Assembly (NCBI GenBank): GCA_963718235.1 | Contig: CAVQYR010000001.1 | Location: 224,001 to 288,000, forward strand | Source: an uncultured Actinomycetota bacterium | GTDB taxonomy: Bacteria > Actinomycetota > Actinomycetes > JAHEKZ01 | DNA length: 64,000 nucleotides | Reading direction: 5' to 3' | Part shown: positions 61,847 through 64,000 of the stretch, one piece after another | Layout: every line of letters starts with the position of its first letter | Numbering within the stretch: the stretch's first letter is position 1 | Made by a program: the position numbers and the translations under genes | Notes under the pieces: model-generated | The model's database searches: none | What the model was told of the DNA's origin: nothing | The model's input: the letters and a program-made list of their open reading frames with translations, nothing else

Positions 61847-63424
61847 ATGAGTTCCTCATCAGCCAACACAGCACGCACGAGCTCGGTCGTTGCGGCAGCG
61901 CCACCGGCGAAGCGCGGGGCTCTGCGACGGTTCGACATGATCCTGTTCAGCGTGACGGCGATCATGCTGCTGTCGCAGGTACCGCTCACCGCCAAGGAAG
62001 GGCCCTCGGTCCTCTTCTGGACAGTCGTCATCCTGTTCTTGTTCTTCGTCCCCTACGGCTTGATGACCGCCGAGCTCGGCTCCACCTATCCGGACACCGG
62101 AGGCATCTACGCCTGGGTGAAGCGCGCCTTCGGCGGGTTCTGGGGAACGCAGGTGTCCTGGTGGTACTGGATCAACGTCGGCATCTGGCTTCCCTCCGTG
62201 TACCTGATGTTCGCCCGGCTGCTCGGTCAGACCTTCGACTTGACCTTCGGCTTCTGGGCCACGGTTGCCATCGCGGTCGGGTTGATCTGGCTGAACTTCC
62301 TGATCAACGTCATCACCCTGGACACGAGCAAGTGGGTCACCAACATCGCAGCCATGATCACCGTGGTGATCATGTTCACGGTCGGAATCGCCGGAATCGT
62401 GCACGCGATCCGTTACGGCTCAGCCACCCAGTGGACCTCCGCAGAGATGCTGCCGAGCTGGAGCACGGTGGTCATCCTCGGCGTGATCGTCTACAACTAC
62501 CTCGGCTTCGAGCTGATGAGCAGCGCCAGTGAGGAGATGCGTGACCCGAAACGTGACGTCCCGCGGTCGATCCTGACTTCTGGGGCGATCATCGGCGGGT
62601 TCTACCTGTTCGCCACGATCGGAATGCTGCTGATGCTTCCGGTCGACGGCTTCAACCGGGTGAACGGGATGTTCAAGGCCTTGGAGACCGGAATCGGCGG
62701 CAGTGGGATCGCCGACGGCGTCGTCTTCTTGCTCGCACTCGGTGCGCTCTACTGCTTCTTCGCGGCCCTGGTGCCGTGGACCATCGGAGCCAACCGGTCC
62801 GCCGCCGAAGCCGCCCGTCGTGGCGACCTGCCCCCGATCCTCGGTCGGACGAGCGAACGCTTCCGCACGCCGGTTGCCGCTGCCGTGGTGACCGCTGTGG
62901 TCGGCACCGTGTTCACCGTCGGCTGGGGTTGGATCGTCGCCCTCGGGAGCGGCACGGCCGAGACCCTGTTCTGGAACCTGTTCGCCTTCAGCACCGTGGT
63001 GTTCCTGCTGTCCTACCTGGTCATGGCGGCGTCCTTCCTCAAGCTGCGCTACAGCGACCCGGACGTCGAGCGCCCGTACCGGGTTCCCGGCGGCGTGGTC
63101 GGGGCCTGGGCGACCGCCCTGCTGGTGCTCGCGTTCATTGCCGCTGCCGTGGTGTTCTTTGTCTGGACGCCTGGGGCTGCGATCGACGCCCAGTTCGTGA
63201 CCCAGATGGCCCTCGGTCTTGCGGTCGTGGCGGTCGTGGGGGTCGGGTTCGCCCTGCGTGCGCCCCAGTGGCGGCACCGGATCGAGGCCCCCGTCGAGTT
63301 CGAGCACCCAGAGGCTCGGGCTGACGTGACCCTCGAAGGGCTCGCACCTGAAGATGCTGAGTTCCTGCACAACGACGTGCGCGATCACCAAGACCTTCAC
63401 ACGACGTCCAACGTCTGGCGGTAG
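61847..63424 (+). CDS. APC-family permease, probable agmatine/putrescine antiporter
   Basis: [45 protein letters not shown]; gene context. Confidence 0.85.
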   Translation: MSSSSANTARTSSVVAAAPPAKRGALRRFDMILFSVTAIMLLSQVPLTAKEGPSVLFWTVVILFLFFVPYGLMTAELGSTYPDTGGIYAWVKRAFGGFWGTQVSWWYWINVGIWLPSVYLMFARLLGQTFDLTFGFWATVAIAVGLIWLNFLINVITLDTSKWVTNIAAMITVVIMFTVGIAGIVHAIRYGSATQWTSAEMLPSWSTVVILGVIVYNYLGFELMSSASEEMRDPKRDVPRSILTSGAIIGGFYLFATIGMLLMLPVDGFNRVNGMFKALETGIGGSGIADGVVFLLALGALYCFFAALVPWTIGANRSAAEAARRGDLPPILGRTSERFRTPVAAAVVTAVVGTVFTVGWGWIVALGSGTAETLFWNLFAFSTVVFLLSYLVMAASFLKLRYSDPDVERPYRVPGGVVGAWATALLVLAFIAAAVVFFVWTPGAAIDAQFVTQMALGLAVVAVVGVGFALRAPQWRHRIEAPVEFEHPEARADVTLEGLAPEDAEFLHNDVRDHQDLHTTSNVWR

Positions 63425-63435
63425 AGGAGCACCCC

Positions 63436-64000
63436 GTGTCCATCCCGCTGACCACGACTCCGCGCGCTGACGGCTACCGGATGCCCGCAGAGTGGGAGAC
63501 CCACCAGGGAACCTGGCTGATCTGGCCCGAGCGCAGCGACAACTGGCGCAATGGTGGCAAGCCGGCGCAAGCAGCGTTTGCCCGGGTCGCGGAGACCATC
63601 GCTGCTGCAGAGCCGGTGACGGTGTGCGTGTCGGCAGGGCAGTACGTCAATGCTCGAGGGCGTCTCTCGGCGTCGATCCGGCTGGTCGAGATGAGCAGCA
63701 ATGACGCCTGGATCCGCGACTGCGGTCCGACCTTCGTGGTCAACGACGCCCACGACGTGCGTGGGGTCGACTGGAAGTTCAACGCGTGGGGCGGCCTGGC
63801 GATGGGCCTGTACTTCCCCTGGGACGCCGACGACCTGGTCGGCGCGAAGGTCATCGATCTCGAGTGCGTGCCGCGCTATGCGCCGGACTTCGTGCTCGAG
63901 GGAGGCTCCGTCGACGTCGACGGTCAGGGCACGGTCCTGACCACTGAGGAGTGCCTCCTGCACGGCAACCGCAACCCTGACCTCGGCAAGGAGGAGGTCG
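63436..64000 (+). CDS. aguA: Agmatine deiminase, 3'-truncated by window edge
   Basis: [59 protein letters not shown]; absent from ORF track because it has no stop in the window. Confidence 0.93.
   Translation, partial: MSIPLTTTPRADGYRMPAEWETHQGTWLIWPERSDNWRNGGKPAQAAFARVAETIAAAEPVTVCVSAGQYVNARGRLSASIRLVEMSSNDAWIRDCGPTFVVNDAHDVRGVDWKFNAWGGLAMGLYFPWDADDLVGAKVIDLECVPRYAPDFVLEGGSVDVDGQGTVLTTEECLLHGNRNPDLGKEEV

Overview
High-GC actinobacterial chromosome window centred on the replication origin. From left to right it contains: the rpsF-ssb-rpsR-rplI operon; an xth-femX-racemase-like-GNAT cluster; GT87/PBP1A/DUF5318/PadR/ino1; the CCA-adding enzyme; a NUDIX-DUF6049-murJ block interrupted by a pilin-like gene and an NlpC/P60 gene before a stand-alone pseudokinase; sigM/anti-sigma, trxBA and cwlM; parBA-rsmG-jag-yidCD-rnpA-rpmH; dnaA-oriC-dnaN-recF-dciA-gyrBA; tRNA-Ile and tRNA-Ala; ppiA and a rhomboid; crgA-DUF881-sortase E-pabA; pknB-pbpA-rodA-pstP-fhaB-fhaA; tRNA-Leu; and the start of an agmatine deiminase cluster. 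Gene content (femX, class E sortase, unfused murJ, no pknA in the pknB cluster) suggests a non-mycobacterial actinomycete (inference). I saw no CRISPR array, integrase or transposase, and no clearly novel multi-gene system. The best candidates for a second look are: an unannotated 50-aa membrane protein coupled to parB; an oriC whose DnaA-trio position reads (CGA)5; recurrent 12-bp tandem arrays, one of which stacks four in-frame stops after rplI; a DnaA-box cluster between crgA and a frameshifted serine hydrolase; and a carbamoyltransferase with an atypical substrate loop. All calls come from reading motifs by eye; no searches were run.
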